From an uncultured archaeon (lineage in GTDB: Archaea; Asgardarchaeota; Lokiarchaeia; Sigyniarchaeales; SOKP01): 64,000 nt of DNA. The stretch covers positions 808,242-872,241 of the forward strand of contig CAZALK010000001.1 of assembly GCA_964486045.1 (NCBI GenBank), written 5' to 3'. The notes under the pieces are model-generated. The model did no database searches. It was not told where the DNA came from and was given only the letters and a program-made list of their open reading frames with translations. The translations under genes were made by a program, and so were the position numbers. Numbering within the stretch: the first letter of the stretch is position 1; every line of letters starts with the position of its first letter. This document shows positions 9,955 through 20,452 of this stretch, piece after piece.

Positions 9955-11226
9955 ATGCTGAGTAAAATTGTAAAAAGTTTTTGGAATTTGTTAAAAAGAT
10001 TTCCAAGATTACAAGAAAATCTTTACAAATTTTACGCGTGGAGGATTTTTGAGATCGTTCCAAGGTTGAAAAAAATTATTTATAAATTTTATGATAAATT
10101 TTGGTATTTAGAATTATATATTGATAACAATGTGCAAAATCTCTCTAATATTTTACAGAATAATCTTGAAATTGATATTGATAGGTTGAAATATTATGTG
10201 AATTATCCTATTTATTCAATAAGTAGAAATCTTAATATAGAAAAAACTTGGGATATCTATAGCAATTTAGAAAAGATTTATGAGTCAAATCAATTCGAAT
10301 TTATTAAACAACATTTTATGGATAAAAAAAATTGGAAAGAAATTGGTTTATACAATATTTTTATTGATCAAATAATTCAACACAAGGAAAAATTTGATTA
10401 TTCTGATGTAGATCAATTCACAGACTTATTAAATTCTTTAGATGAATCATATCACCACTTTGACTTAGGTAAAATTAAAAATAAAATAAGAGTAGGAATT
10501 GGGAGTAAAGGTGAATTCATCCTATTTGAAGGCATTTTTTTTCTTTCTCTTTTAAGAATCCTTGATCTCAACACGGTCCCTATTGAAATAATTGCTAGAC
10601 ATCCACAATGGACTAAATTTTGTAATGAATTTTTAAAATTTAAATCAATTCATGGAGTTATTTACCAGCCTTTAATACATCCTGATTTGAATTTGAAATC
10701 ACTTGAATCCAATAGTGAGGAACGATTTAATATTATAAAAGATAACCTGGACAAAAACACGGGGATTGTATTAGATATTGGAGCCAATCTAGGTTTTTTT
10801 TGTCATAAATTTGAAGATATAGGATATAATTGTCATGCTGTGGAGATTCGACCTGCCAACATTTATTTTATGAAAAAATTGAGAGACATTGAAGATAAAA
10901 AATTTAAGATAATCAATAAATCAATTTTTGATTTTAAAGATTCAAAAGAATTTGATGTTGTAATAGCCTTAAATATTTTTCATCATTTTTTGAGAGAAAA
11001 AAAATTGTATTTTAAGTTAATCAAATTCTTGAAAACTTTAAAAATGAAAGTGATGTTTTTCCAACCTCACGATCCTAATGAAGATATTATGCAGAACGCT
11101 TATACTAATTATGGTAATCGCCAATTTGTTGATTTTATTATTAGATTTTCATGTTTAAATAAATTTATGTTGCTGAACGAAAACGTGGATGGTAAAAATC
11201 GACCTATATATAAATTGATTAAATGA
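9955..11226 (+). CDS. Two-domain protein: ParB/Srx-like N-terminal region plus class I SAM methyltransferase resembling the WbdD MTase domain
   Basis: VLDIGANLGFF, FDVVIALNIFHH, IYQPLIHP; the N-terminal part has IRVGIGSKGEF...ILDLNTVPIEIIARHPQW. Confidence 0.75.
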   Translation: MLSKIVKSFWNLLKRFPRLQENLYKFYAWRIFEIVPRLKKIIYKFYDKFWYLELYIDNNVQNLSNILQNNLEIDIDRLKYYVNYPIYSISRNLNIEKTWDIYSNLEKIYESNQFEFIKQHFMDKKNWKEIGLYNIFIDQIIQHKEKFDYSDVDQFTDLLNSLDESYHHFDLGKIKNKIRVGIGSKGEFILFEGIFFLSLLRILDLNTVPIEIIARHPQWTKFCNEFLKFKSIHGVIYQPLIHPDLNLKSLESNSEERFNIIKDNLDKNTGIVLDIGANLGFFCHKFEDIGYNCHAVEIRPANIYFMKKLRDIEDKKFKIINKSIFDFKDSKEFDVVIALNIFHHFLREKKLYFKLIKFLKTLKMKVMFFQPHDPNEDIMQNAYTNYGNRQFVDFIIRFSCLNKFMLLNENVDGKNRPIYKLIK

Positions 11227-11233
11227 AAACAGA

Positions 11234-12568
11234 TTAACCCTCAAAAATCTCCGTTAAAACTCTTCCATCCATTTCTGATGGAATTGGTTCACCAAATAAT
11301 GAAAGAATTGTTGGTACAATATCGTATGGAGTTATATCTCCTATTTTTTTTCCCTTTTTTATTCTCGATCCTTGAATCATAAAAACCCCATAATTTTCAC
11401 TATGGTCTCCGGTGTGAGCTGGATTGAAATCAATAATTTCATCTAAATTTAATTTTTTACCATTTGGTAATTCAACTTTAAAATTTCTATTATCCCCAAA
11501 AAAATCATTAATTCTTACAATTAATTTTTTTGAAGTAGACCTAATATTAAAAAGTTGTTTTTCTTCACATTTTATTGATTCTATTGCTCTCTTAAAGTCA
11601 TTTAACGGGCGTAAAGAATTAGGTCTCATTCTAAAAACTACAGATTGTGTCATGTATATCCCATATACGTCATAATAGAATTTTAATTCTCTAAGGAGAT
11701 AAAGAACATTTATCGTTCTGAAGTTTTTTCGATTTTTTTTTTCAATTTCCTCAAAACCGTGATCTGAACAAATAAATAGATGATATTTATTCTTTTCAGC
11801 AAAATTCTTTACTTTTCCGAAAAAATTATCAACGATTTTGTAAGCGTTGGGAAGAACATCAGAATATTTTGATTTTTCACCCATACTTCTCCAATATATA
11901 TGACTAAGCGTATCAAAAGAATAGTCGAAAAATACTGTAAAATGTGATTTGTATTTTTTAAGCAACTTGTAGTATAAATTTGTATGAATGATCAGTTCAA
12001 TTTCCTTCAAAAGATACATTCTCTCCTCTAAACTGCTTTTAAAAGATAACACAATGCTTCGCTTTATTATTTTAAATAAACCCTTAATAGAAAATTGAAA
12101 TTTAAATAGCTTCCAAAAGATCTTAATTAAAAATGTTAAAGAATATTTTTCTGATCTTGCCTTTTTATCTAATTCACCTATAAAATTTAGTTCTTCAGGA
12201 TAAGTGTTTTTTTCTAATAACATTGGACTTGGAATACAGAAACCGTCAAATTTTTTTGCACTCCAAACACTTAAAGGTCTATAAACCCCAATTTTAAACC
12301 CTTTTTCATGCAAGATATCCCAAATCTGTTTAGAACTTAAATTTTCTTCTTTAGAATAAAAATCTCTAATTCCGTGTTTCTCTACTTTCTTTCCTGTAAA
12401 AATTGAACAAAAAATTTTTGGGGAACTTAAAAATCCCTCAGCTCTTAAAACTGCAGAGACTCCATTGTTAGTAATATCTTCTATGTTTTTTAATTTATTT
12501 TTAGCTTTTAGTTCCTCAATGATATTCCAGCTTAGTCCATCTATAGCCAATAGAATAATTTTTTCCAT
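11234..12568 (-). CDS. Alkaline phosphatase superfamily (nucleotide pyrophosphatase/phosphodiesterase-type) protein
   Basis: LAIDGLSW, SIFTGKKVEKHGI, SDHGF, GDH, DIVPTILSLFG..MDG. Confidence 0.88.
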   Translation of the reverse strand: MEKIILLAIDGLSWNIIEELKAKNKLKNIEDITNNGVSAVLRAEGFLSSPKIFCSIFTGKKVEKHGIRDFYSKEENLSSKQIWDILHEKGFKIGVYRPLSVWSAKKFDGFCIPSPMLLEKNTYPEELNFIGELDKKARSEKYSLTFLIKIFWKLFKFQFSIKGLFKIIKRSIVLSFKSSLEERMYLLKEIELIIHTNLYYKLLKKYKSHFTVFFDYSFDTLSHIYWRSMGEKSKYSDVLPNAYKIVDNFFGKVKNFAEKNKYHLFICSDHGFEEIEKKNRKNFRTINVLYLLRELKFYYDVYGIYMTQSVVFRMRPNSLRPLNDFKRAIESIKCEEKQLFNIRSTSKKLIVRINDFFGDNRNFKVELPNGKKLNLDEIIDFNPAHTGDHSENYGVFMIQGSRIKKGKKIGDITPYDIVPTILSLFGEPIPSEMDGRVLTEIFEG

Positions 12569-12843
12569 CCTTAAACAAAGAGTTTAAATCTTTCTTTTTT
12601 GATAAAATTTGTCTCTGTTATTAATAAATAAAGATAGAAAGAAAGGATAAAATGCGAAAGGAGCTTGAATTTTCAAAAGTTTTAGGCTTGATTAAACTTT
12701 TTCTAATCTAAAAAAACCTAAATAAGATTGTAAATAATTAATTTAAATCAAATATTTTAATATTTACAATTTTTACAAGTCGAAAAATATTATCAAATAA
12801 TATTTTTTATTTGAATTGGAAGAACAAATTAAATCGATAAAAA

Positions 12844-14355
12844 ATGATAAACAAGGAAGAAGCTTTTAAAAGTTTTTTCATAATTTCAATCTCCTTAAGT
12901 GTTGCATTTATTTCTAATCTTTTAATTGTTATTATATTAACACGTATTTTTCCTCCTGAAGAATATGCGGTTTATCAATTTTCATTAACTTTCTTAGCAT
13001 ATTTTACTATCTTTTCAAATATAGGCTTAAGTACAGCATTAATTCAACAAGTATCAGCAGAAAAAGATAAAGATTCTAATAAGAATGTAAAACGATTCTC
13101 TGAGGGTTTAAAATGGATTTTTTTGTTAACAATATTTTTTTCACTAATATTATTTTTTTTATCTGATCTCTTTGGAAGATTTTATCAAATACCCGGTTTA
13201 AGTCTCGTTCTTAAGCTTACATCATTAATTGTTTTTTCTAATAATATTGTGAATTATTTTGAAAGTTTATTTCAAGGACTCTGGAAGTTTAAACTCTTTG
13301 CTATTTCTTTCATCTCAGCAAAATTGATAAAGGTAATTATTGTTTTTTTTGCATTATTCACGAGTATGACAATTTCTCAAGTAGTCATGTTATTTTCAAT
13401 TGCATCCCTAATCCAACTTGTGGTAATCTTAATCTTTTCCCAAATAAAATTCAAGTATTTTTCTTCTATATTTACTCTTAACTGGAAGCTCACCAGTAAT
13501 CTTTTAAAATTCTCTGTATTTATTTTTTTATATGTATTTCTTCAAAATTTAATAACAAACTCAAATCAATTTATCTTAGCGTTTTTTGTTACACTTGATG
13601 AATTAGCATATTATACAATCGTTCTTTGGATGATTGTAAGTTTATCCATACCAGCAATAATATTTTCAAGATTTATACTTCCTTATGTGTCTCATTATAT
13701 CCAGAAAGAGGGTGAAGAAAAGGAAAAAATTGGGACAATGTATAATTTAATTTTTAAATACGGCTTACTGATAACGATACCAATGTCTTTTTATTTTCTC
13801 TTCTTCTCAGATTTTTTAATTGCATTTGTTTTTGACCCAAGTTATTATCCCGTATCGAATTATCTCAAGTTATATATATTTTTTTTAAACATTAACATAA
13901 TTGATGTAGCGGGAGGTCATTTCTTATGGGCTTCTAATGAACCTAAACTTGTTTATAAACTTTATACGGTCACAGCTGTTTCTACAATCGCTTTAAGTCT
14001 GATCTTGATTCCTCTTTACTACACATTTGGAGCATTAATATCTGTTATGATCCCGCATACAATTTACACAATATATTCAATCATTTTGGTGAAAAGGAAA
14101 AATAACATTAATTTCGACTCAAATTTAATTTCCTCAATCTTAAAATATATAGTATCAGCAGTTACAGTGATTTTATTACTTTTTATATCTAATCTAATCT
14201 TTCCATTTAATCTGAATAACTTAGTAGTTTTAATTGCTTTTTCGGGTATTTATTTTGGTATTTTTTTCGTTATAATTTTATTATTACGAGCAGTCACTAT
14301 TGCTGAAATTAAAGATTTCATTAATGTTCTCAAAAATTCAATTTTTAAAAATTAA
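12844..14355 (+). CDS. Oligosaccharide flippase (MOP superfamily, Wzx/AglR-like)
   Basis: About 14 hydrophobic segments; LTRIFPPEEYAVY and IGLSTALIQ N-terminal Wzx-type pattern; glycan-cluster context. Confidence 0.88.
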   Translation: MINKEEAFKSFFIISISLSVAFISNLLIVIILTRIFPPEEYAVYQFSLTFLAYFTIFSNIGLSTALIQQVSAEKDKDSNKNVKRFSEGLKWIFLLTIFFSLILFFLSDLFGRFYQIPGLSLVLKLTSLIVFSNNIVNYFESLFQGLWKFKLFAISFISAKLIKVIIVFFALFTSMTISQVVMLFSIASLIQLVVILIFSQIKFKYFSSIFTLNWKLTSNLLKFSVFIFLYVFLQNLITNSNQFILAFFVTLDELAYYTIVLWMIVSLSIPAIIFSRFILPYVSHYIQKEGEEKEKIGTMYNLIFKYGLLITIPMSFYFLFFSDFLIAFVFDPSYYPVSNYLKLYIFFLNINIIDVAGGHFLWASNEPKLVYKLYTVTAVSTIALSLILIPLYYTFGALISVMIPHTIYTIYSIILVKRKNNINFDSNLISSILKYIVSAVTVILLLFISNLIFPFNLNNLVVLIAFSGIYFGIFFVIILLLRAVTIAEIKDFINVLKNSIFKN

Positions 14356-14358
14356 GCT

Positions 14359-15516
14359 TTAAGATATAAAATTCTTGTAAACCATTTCTATTTTATCCGT
14401 GATTACATCCCAAGAAAAATTATCTAGCACTAAATTCCTTCCATTCTTCCCAAACGTACTTGACTTGTCTTGATCATGTAAAACATTCATAATTTTTGAT
14501 ATTATAGATTTTGCATCAAAATTTTTAATCAATAAGCCGTTTTCATTATCTCTTAGGACTTCAGAAATTCCTCCAACATTTGATGCAATTACTGGTGTTT
14601 CACATGCTAGACTTTCAAGCAATATTGTTGGAACACCTTCAAATCGAGAAGTAATAAGTACTACCTTACTCTGATTATAGATATCGACCATTTTTTCATA
14701 TGGATAAAAATCAGAGTGGAGAATAGGGAGGTTTTTTTGAGCTGGCTTAATTAATCTTTTTAAAGGACCTTTTCCTATTATTAAAAATTTCAGATCCTTA
14801 TCATGTTTATAAAGTTCTTTAATAACATTCATATACACATCAAATCCCTTGATATACGATAACCTCCCGATGAATGTGACATATATTTTCCCAGTTTCTT
14901 TTTTTTTTTTAAAAATCTCAGTATTTACACCATTCGGAATATAATAATTATTATTATGTCGAATATTATAGCGTTTTTTAATCACATCTAAATCTTTCTG
15001 AGATACAGAGATTAATGCATCTGCAGTTTTTAATGTAAAACTCCCTATCCATTTATCAAAAAACATATTTTTAAAGCCTAATTGTAACTTTTCAATAAGG
15101 CTTGAACTAAGAGTTTGTGGAGTTCGTATACCTCCGTGTATATGTAGTATAAAAGGGAATTTTCTTATTTTTCGAAGTAGTGCACTCTGAAAAGAAGTTA
15201 AGAAAATGTAAGAATGTACATGAATTACATCATAATTTTGAAATTCTTTTTTTAAAAAAGTATATATATTGACAAGAGGGTTCATCCCCCATAAACTATA
15301 ATAGTTTTTTTTGTAAATTATCTTAATTGAACCATCAAGGAAATCAATTTTAACTTTTCTTTTTAAGATATCTGAGGTTAGGATCTCTGAATCAAAGTTT
15401 TTTTTTTTTTTTAAATTGATTGCTAAATTTTTACAAAAAACTTCAGAACCTCCTAAATGTTCAGGAGGGTAAGGATTAATATGAAGAATCTTCATTTTGT
15501 CAACACTACTCACCAA
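14359..15516 (-). CDS. GT4 glycosyltransferase (probable start ATG 15495)
   Basis: HLGGSE, IPNGV, FIGRLSYIKG, EGVPTILLESLACETPVIASNVGG. Confidence 0.93.
   Translation of the reverse strand: MVSSVDKMKILHINPYPPEHLGGSEVFCKNLAINLKKKKNFDSEILTSDILKRKVKIDFLDGSIKIIYKKNYYSLWGMNPLVNIYTFLKKEFQNYDVIHVHSYIFLTSFQSALLRKIRKFPFILHIHGGIRTPQTLSSSLIEKLQLGFKNMFFDKWIGSFTLKTADALISVSQKDLDVIKKRYNIRHNNNYYIPNGVNTEIFKKKKETGKIYVTFIGRLSYIKGFDVYMNVIKELYKHDKDLKFLIIGKGPLKRLIKPAQKNLPILHSDFYPYEKMVDIYNQSKVVLITSRFEGVPTILLESLACETPVIASNVGGISEVLRDNENGLLIKNFDAKSIISKIMNVLHDQDKSSTFGKNGRNLVLDNFSWDVITDKIEMVYKNFIS
15398..15412 (-). repeat. A15 homopolymer in the 5' part of the GT4 coding sequence (a second A12 lies at 14899..14910)
   Basis: T15 run on the + strand read directly; encodes LKKKKN. 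Confidence 0.9.
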
Positions 15517-15980
15517 AGATATATAATTACACGAAAAATCTAAAAAAAATACTTAAATAATAAAAATAAATAAATCTAATTTAAAAATTAATAAAATTCT
15601 TGAAGTGTTTACAAGTAAAATAAACTCTCTATCAAATAAAACTTTTTTTAAGAGTTTTGAATAAATATATTAGAAAATAAAAATGATAATTCTTGTTTTC
15701 TGCCTTCAAATAGAATCCTCTTGATTTAGTTTAAAAAATATTAGATATAAATACTTTTCCTCTCAAAAGTGGTAGAAGAACCCAAAGATATAACTAAATG
15801 TGAATTTATTTAAGAAATCCAATTTTATAATTTTCAATTATAAATTAAGTATGTTTAGCTTATTTTATCCTCATAAAATGATCTATGGAAGCTAGTAAAA
15901 TATATACTAAAATAACGGTATCTTATCTATTTGTTGACCGTAAAAATTAATATTTTAATCATAAAATAACAAGAAAAAAG

Positions 15981-17858
15981 ATGTTTAATAAAAGGAAACG
16001 TGTTTTAATACTGACTCTCATTTTATGCTTGATTTTCGGAGCGTCAATGCTCTCTCTCAATACTCCCGAAATATTACAAACAAGTAGGAATAATAGTATT
16101 AAGGATAATGATGAAAAACCAAAAATATCGGCAAATCATGACACTATATTTATTGATGGTAATATTATGTTCGCCAATAATGCAAGTACCGAGAGTTGGA
16201 TTGGTAATGGAACTTACAGCAACCCTTATATCATCGAAAATTATGAAATCACTGCTTCTATAAGGCACGGGATTGAAATTCGAAATACAGATGTATATTT
16301 CATTATCAGAAATGTGACTGTGAGTGATGGTCGTTCAAACTATAACCATGGATTCTATTTCAACAATGTGATCAATGGAGAATTAATAAACAACACTGCT
16401 GACAATAATATTGCCGGCGTTCTCCTTAGGAATTCTAATAATAACACCTTTACGAGTAATTTAGCAACTAATAGTTTGCATGGCTTTCGAATCTGGTATT
16501 CCAATAATAATACTCTAACTAACAATACCGCTAATAGTAATATTGATTACGGTATGTTTTTAGATAATAGCAATAACAATACAATTTCGGGAAATATAAT
16601 ATTGTTTAATAGTTTGGGGAGCATTTATGAGAAAGATAGCCTGTGGAATGATATTTTGGACAATATACTCGGTCCGCATCCATTCACCTTATTTTCCGAC
16701 GTCCATGGCTTTAACAAAAATGGATCATTCACAATAACCTGGACGGTTTCGGAAAATGCCGATACTTATACTTTATATCAAAATGACGAAATAATAGCTG
16801 AAGGGATAACGATAACGAATTACACTATCACCGATTTACCTGTTGGAACTTACACGTTTTATGTGAAAGCGATTAATAATTATGAAGAAAAATATTCGAA
16901 TACGATTGAAGTAATTGTTAGTAATATCATTCATGTTGACGGAAATTTTAATTTTTATCAAACAGCAGTCGCCAAAAATTTTACTGGCAACGGAACTTAC
17001 GGCAATCCCTATATTATCGAAAATTATGAAATTCTCGCTTCAGTAGGACACGGAATTCATATTCAAAACACGGATGTCTATTTTATAATCAGAAATGTAG
17101 GAGTGAGTAATGGTCGTTCAAATAATTATTTTGGTTTTTATTTAGCGAATGTGACAAACGGAAAATTGGAAAATAATACCGCGAGTAATAATCTATATGG
17201 TTTCCTCCTTAATGATTCCTATAATAACACCTTGGAGGGCAATACCGCAAGGGATAATCTCAATGGAATCACAATCAATTCTAGCAATTACAATAATCTA
17301 ACAAACAATAGTGTAGGGAATAATAGGCATGGGTTATCCCTCGATTCATCCCATAATAATTCCTTGATGGGCAATGAGGTAACGGATAACACCTATCTTG
17401 GGGTTTACCTAGATTCTTCCAATAACAATATCATAATGGACAATATCGCAACAGGTAATCTCAATGGTTTTACTCTCAGCTCTTCCAATAATAACACAAT
17501 AACAAACAATACCGCTAATAGTAATGACCAGAATGGTTTTCGCCTTTGGTACTCTAACAATAACATTTTGACCGACAATATCGCTAATAACAATTTAAAA
17601 TATGGTATATATTTAGAAGAAAGCAATTTTAATGAAATTTCGGGAAATTCTTTAGAAGATAATGGTCTAGGTTCTATTTATGAAAAGATGAGCGAAGAAA
17701 TAGACTTTCCGGATATATTTTTCATTTCAGCAATAACTGTCGTAATTGCTGTTGTATCATTTATTATTATTAAAGCAACATTTTTTATCAGGAAAAAAAT
17801 TAAATTATCAGGTTTTAAATTGTCATTAAAAAAGATATTTAGAGATAAGAATATATGA
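15981..17858 (+). CDS. Membrane-anchored surface protein with two right-handed beta-helix (NosD/PbH1) domains separated by an FN3/Ig-like domain
   Basis: N-terminal signal peptide, duplicated GNGTYxNPYIIENYEI...NTDVYFIIRNV module, SNNNT repeats, ITWT..YTFYVKA FN3 pattern, C-terminal TM followed by a basic tail. Confidence 0.88.
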   Translation: MFNKRKRVLILTLILCLIFGASMLSLNTPEILQTSRNNSIKDNDEKPKISANHDTIFIDGNIMFANNASTESWIGNGTYSNPYIIENYEITASIRHGIEIRNTDVYFIIRNVTVSDGRSNYNHGFYFNNVINGELINNTADNNIAGVLLRNSNNNTFTSNLATNSLHGFRIWYSNNNTLTNNTANSNIDYGMFLDNSNNNTISGNIILFNSLGSIYEKDSLWNDILDNILGPHPFTLFSDVHGFNKNGSFTITWTVSENADTYTLYQNDEIIAEGITITNYTITDLPVGTYTFYVKAINNYEEKYSNTIEVIVSNIIHVDGNFNFYQTAVAKNFTGNGTYGNPYIIENYEILASVGHGIHIQNTDVYFIIRNVGVSNGRSNNYFGFYLANVTNGKLENNTASNNLYGFLLNDSYNNTLEGNTARDNLNGITINSSNYNNLTNNSVGNNRHGLSLDSSHNNSLMGNEVTDNTYLGVYLDSSNNNIIMDNIATGNLNGFTLSSSNNNTITNNTANSNDQNGFRLWYSNNNILTDNIANNNLKYGIYLEESNFNEISGNSLEDNGLGSIYEKMSEEIDFPDIFFISAITVVIAVVSFIIIKATFFIRKKIKLSGFKLSLKKIFRDKNI

Positions 17859-19780
17859 GCTATAATTTTATGCGTATTATTATAAAAAAAACCAACCTAT
17901 ATTACCTTGCCCTTGTTTTAGTGGCAATTATTATTCCCATAAGCCATTATCCACACATTTATGGAGTAGACGCATTTCAAGTGATATGGATGGCAAATGC
18001 TCTTAGAGAGGGGGCATTATTTTCTGGTAATACATGGTTAATCCATCCTGCATCCTACTTTGGATATTATCCATTTTCTCATCGAGCGATAGGAGTTCCT
18101 CTGTTTCTTGCCTTCTTAATAAGTCTTCTGAACTTTGTTTCTTTTGGTATATTTGGTCTAGCTGAGGCAATATTAACCTTTAATATTATACTCATCATAA
18201 TTCTTTATAAAAGTTCTCGAAATCTGGGAAATAGACTATTTGGAGAAGATTGGATTCGATTTGTGTTTGTAGCTGCTGTTTTATTATCCCCGAACGTCAT
18301 TTTTGATAATACAATGACCATAAGTACCAGAATTATTATAACTATTGTCATGATAGTTCTGTTAAATTTAAACTTAAAAATATTAAGTAAAGATTATAAT
18401 TCTAAATTTAAAACAACTATTTTCCTGTTTATAATCCTCTTGGTTGGTGCTTTAGCTCATAGACTTTGGATAGGTTCAGTTTTAACGATAATATTCATGA
18501 TCTTTACATTTTTTATACGAAAATATAAAAAATTACAACACCTCACTGTATTTTTAATTCTGCCGTTAAGTATCTTCGCTTTTTTCTATGGATTCGAAAT
18601 TTTTAATATTAATCCTCGTATCGGTCTAGGTGTTAATCCAACCCTTTTCGAGATAATTCCATACTTCTTCAATTATTTTGGATTTTGGACAGGATTAATT
18701 TCCATTTTTTTCCCGCTTGGGTTAATAATAACCCTGTATAAACTAACTTTTACATTTAAAAATTCTAATGCATTCAAAACATCTAAGAAAAAGAACACAC
18801 ATCTCAACAATTCTCATCTCGAGTTTGTTGACAATTTTTATTATTTACTCCTTTTTCTTATACCTTTCCTATATATGAGTTTTACTCTTTTTTATGCAAT
18901 AACCTTATTTTTACCTATTATAATAATTTTTTCCATTCAAGGTCTAATTTATTTTAAGAAGTTTATTTCAAGGATTTCTAAAAAATTAGAGTGGGTTTTC
19001 CCGATAGTTCTCTTATTTTCAGTAGGGGCTTATTACTCTCTGAGGTATAACCCTTATCCAATTATTGTATTTTGGGATGTATTTTTTATCTTGGGTGTTT
19101 CTTTGATCTTATTTTTGTCGGTTTTTTTAATTATTAATTATAATAATCTAACTTTTTCACGTGCTTCTTTTGATCCCCATAAATTGAAAACAGGGATCTG
19201 GATTATAGCATTAACAATTTCTTTTTTAGTAATTTCGGAAATAAATATAGAGGCAGGTAGAGCCGAAGTCATTAGCAGTCCCTACCCATGGGAAAATAGA
19301 TATTTTACCAATGAAGAAAACGAAATTATTGAATTTTTCCAAAATGAAGATATTGATGGTTTGATTTTTTGTGCTGCTGGTATATTTATCTCTGAAAGAA
19401 TTGGAGGGGTTGGTTTTTTACCCACTTTTAGCAAATCTACTCTTACTGGAGTACCCTTATTTTATGGTCTTATTAATCCCAATTTCGTTCATGAAAATAC
19501 ATTATTTTCATTTTCCGAATTGGAAAGTTTCGGTTTTTACAATTTTAATGAAATAGATCCCATAACAGAGTTTTTGAATGCTATTAGAATATTAGATGTA
19601 GGAAAAGGGGAAGATTTTCATTCTTTGGTCTCGTATAATATGCAATATATTATTTCTATTAACGACACTTTTCAGTCAGGTGGTATAAATAAATGGCCTT
19701 TAATTCGATCTTTACAGCAGTCGGAATTATTTGAACCCGTTTTCTCAACTTTACATTTATTGGTATGGAAAATTTATTGA
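17855..19780 (+). CDS. Multi-pass membrane protein, putative GT-C-fold glycosyltransferase (family A; paralog of 33904..35874)
   Basis: More than 11 TM segments; conserved acidic first loop YGVDAF; HPASYFGYYPFSH; soluble C-terminal domain; ATGA overlap with the upstream gene. Confidence 0.7.
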   Translation: MSYNFMRIIIKKTNLYYLALVLVAIIIPISHYPHIYGVDAFQVIWMANALREGALFSGNTWLIHPASYFGYYPFSHRAIGVPLFLAFLISLLNFVSFGIFGLAEAILTFNIILIIILYKSSRNLGNRLFGEDWIRFVFVAAVLLSPNVIFDNTMTISTRIIITIVMIVLLNLNLKILSKDYNSKFKTTIFLFIILLVGALAHRLWIGSVLTIIFMIFTFFIRKYKKLQHLTVFLILPLSIFAFFYGFEIFNINPRIGLGVNPTLFEIIPYFFNYFGFWTGLISIFFPLGLIITLYKLTFTFKNSNAFKTSKKKNTHLNNSHLEFVDNFYYLLLFLIPFLYMSFTLFYAITLFLPIIIIFSIQGLIYFKKFISRISKKLEWVFPIVLLFSVGAYYSLRYNPYPIIVFWDVFFILGVSLILFLSVFLIINYNNLTFSRASFDPHKLKTGIWIIALTISFLVISEINIEAGRAEVISSPYPWENRYFTNEENEIIEFFQNEDIDGLIFCAAGIFISERIGGVGFLPTFSKSTLTGVPLFYGLINPNFVHENTLFSFSELESFGFYNFNEIDPITEFLNAIRILDVGKGEDFHSLVSYNMQYIISINDTFQSGGINKWPLIRSLQQSELFEPVFSTLHLLVWKIY

Positions 19781-20253
19781 ATATCTAATTTTATACATAA
19801 GCAAAGTGTTCTAAATTGTCTTTTAGAGGAACCCTCTTATTTAACTCAAGGGTTTTCATAATGAACTTTTTACCCAATATTCTAAATTCACAGAGAGAGC
19901 TGTTACTTCAAAATCCCATTTTATCTAAGGCATTCACTGCAATTATTTTACTGTCTTCAACTTTATGTTGACGAGTATGCTTTAAAATAATAAATCATAT
20001 TTTAAATCTTGCTGTTAAATTCAGTGCATGACTTTTCAAGTAAAAATGTACACTTTAAATAAATTTATATATAGAGGAATAATAAAAGATATAAGACGCA
20101 GAAGATTGAAAACCAGAAGAACCTTACTTAAAGTATTATACAATTTTGACAAATAGACAATATTCAATAATTCAGCCATTACCTCTAAAATTCAGGCATT
20201 TCTTAGGAAACCTTTGAATCGTTTAAAATTAATACCAGAAAGGCACAGAAAAT

Positions 20254-20452
20254 CAAAAAATACCCGACAAAAGTTTAAATTAATAAAAATAATCATTATT
20301 ATTAATAAATCATCCATTAGTTTTTGAGTATAAATAAATCACATTAAACACAAAAAATACCCAACAAAAGTTTAAATTTCTACAACAGATCATAATTATT
20401 ATTAATCGTCCAATAGTTTTTTAGTACGAATAAATCACATTATACACAAAAA
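20254..20452 (+). promoter_or_regulatory. Tandem duplication (~97-bp unit, two copies) of an archaeal BRE-TATA promoter upstream of the GT2-GT2 gene
   Basis: caaaaaatacccRacaaaagtttaaat...aataaatcacattaWaca at 20254 and 20351; each copy has a purine-rich BRE followed by TTTAAAT. Confidence 0.75.

Noticed and set aside
19790-20040. Coding-like minus-strand stretch (…KIIAVNALDKMGF*…)
   Set aside because: Interrupted and not assignable to any family by eye
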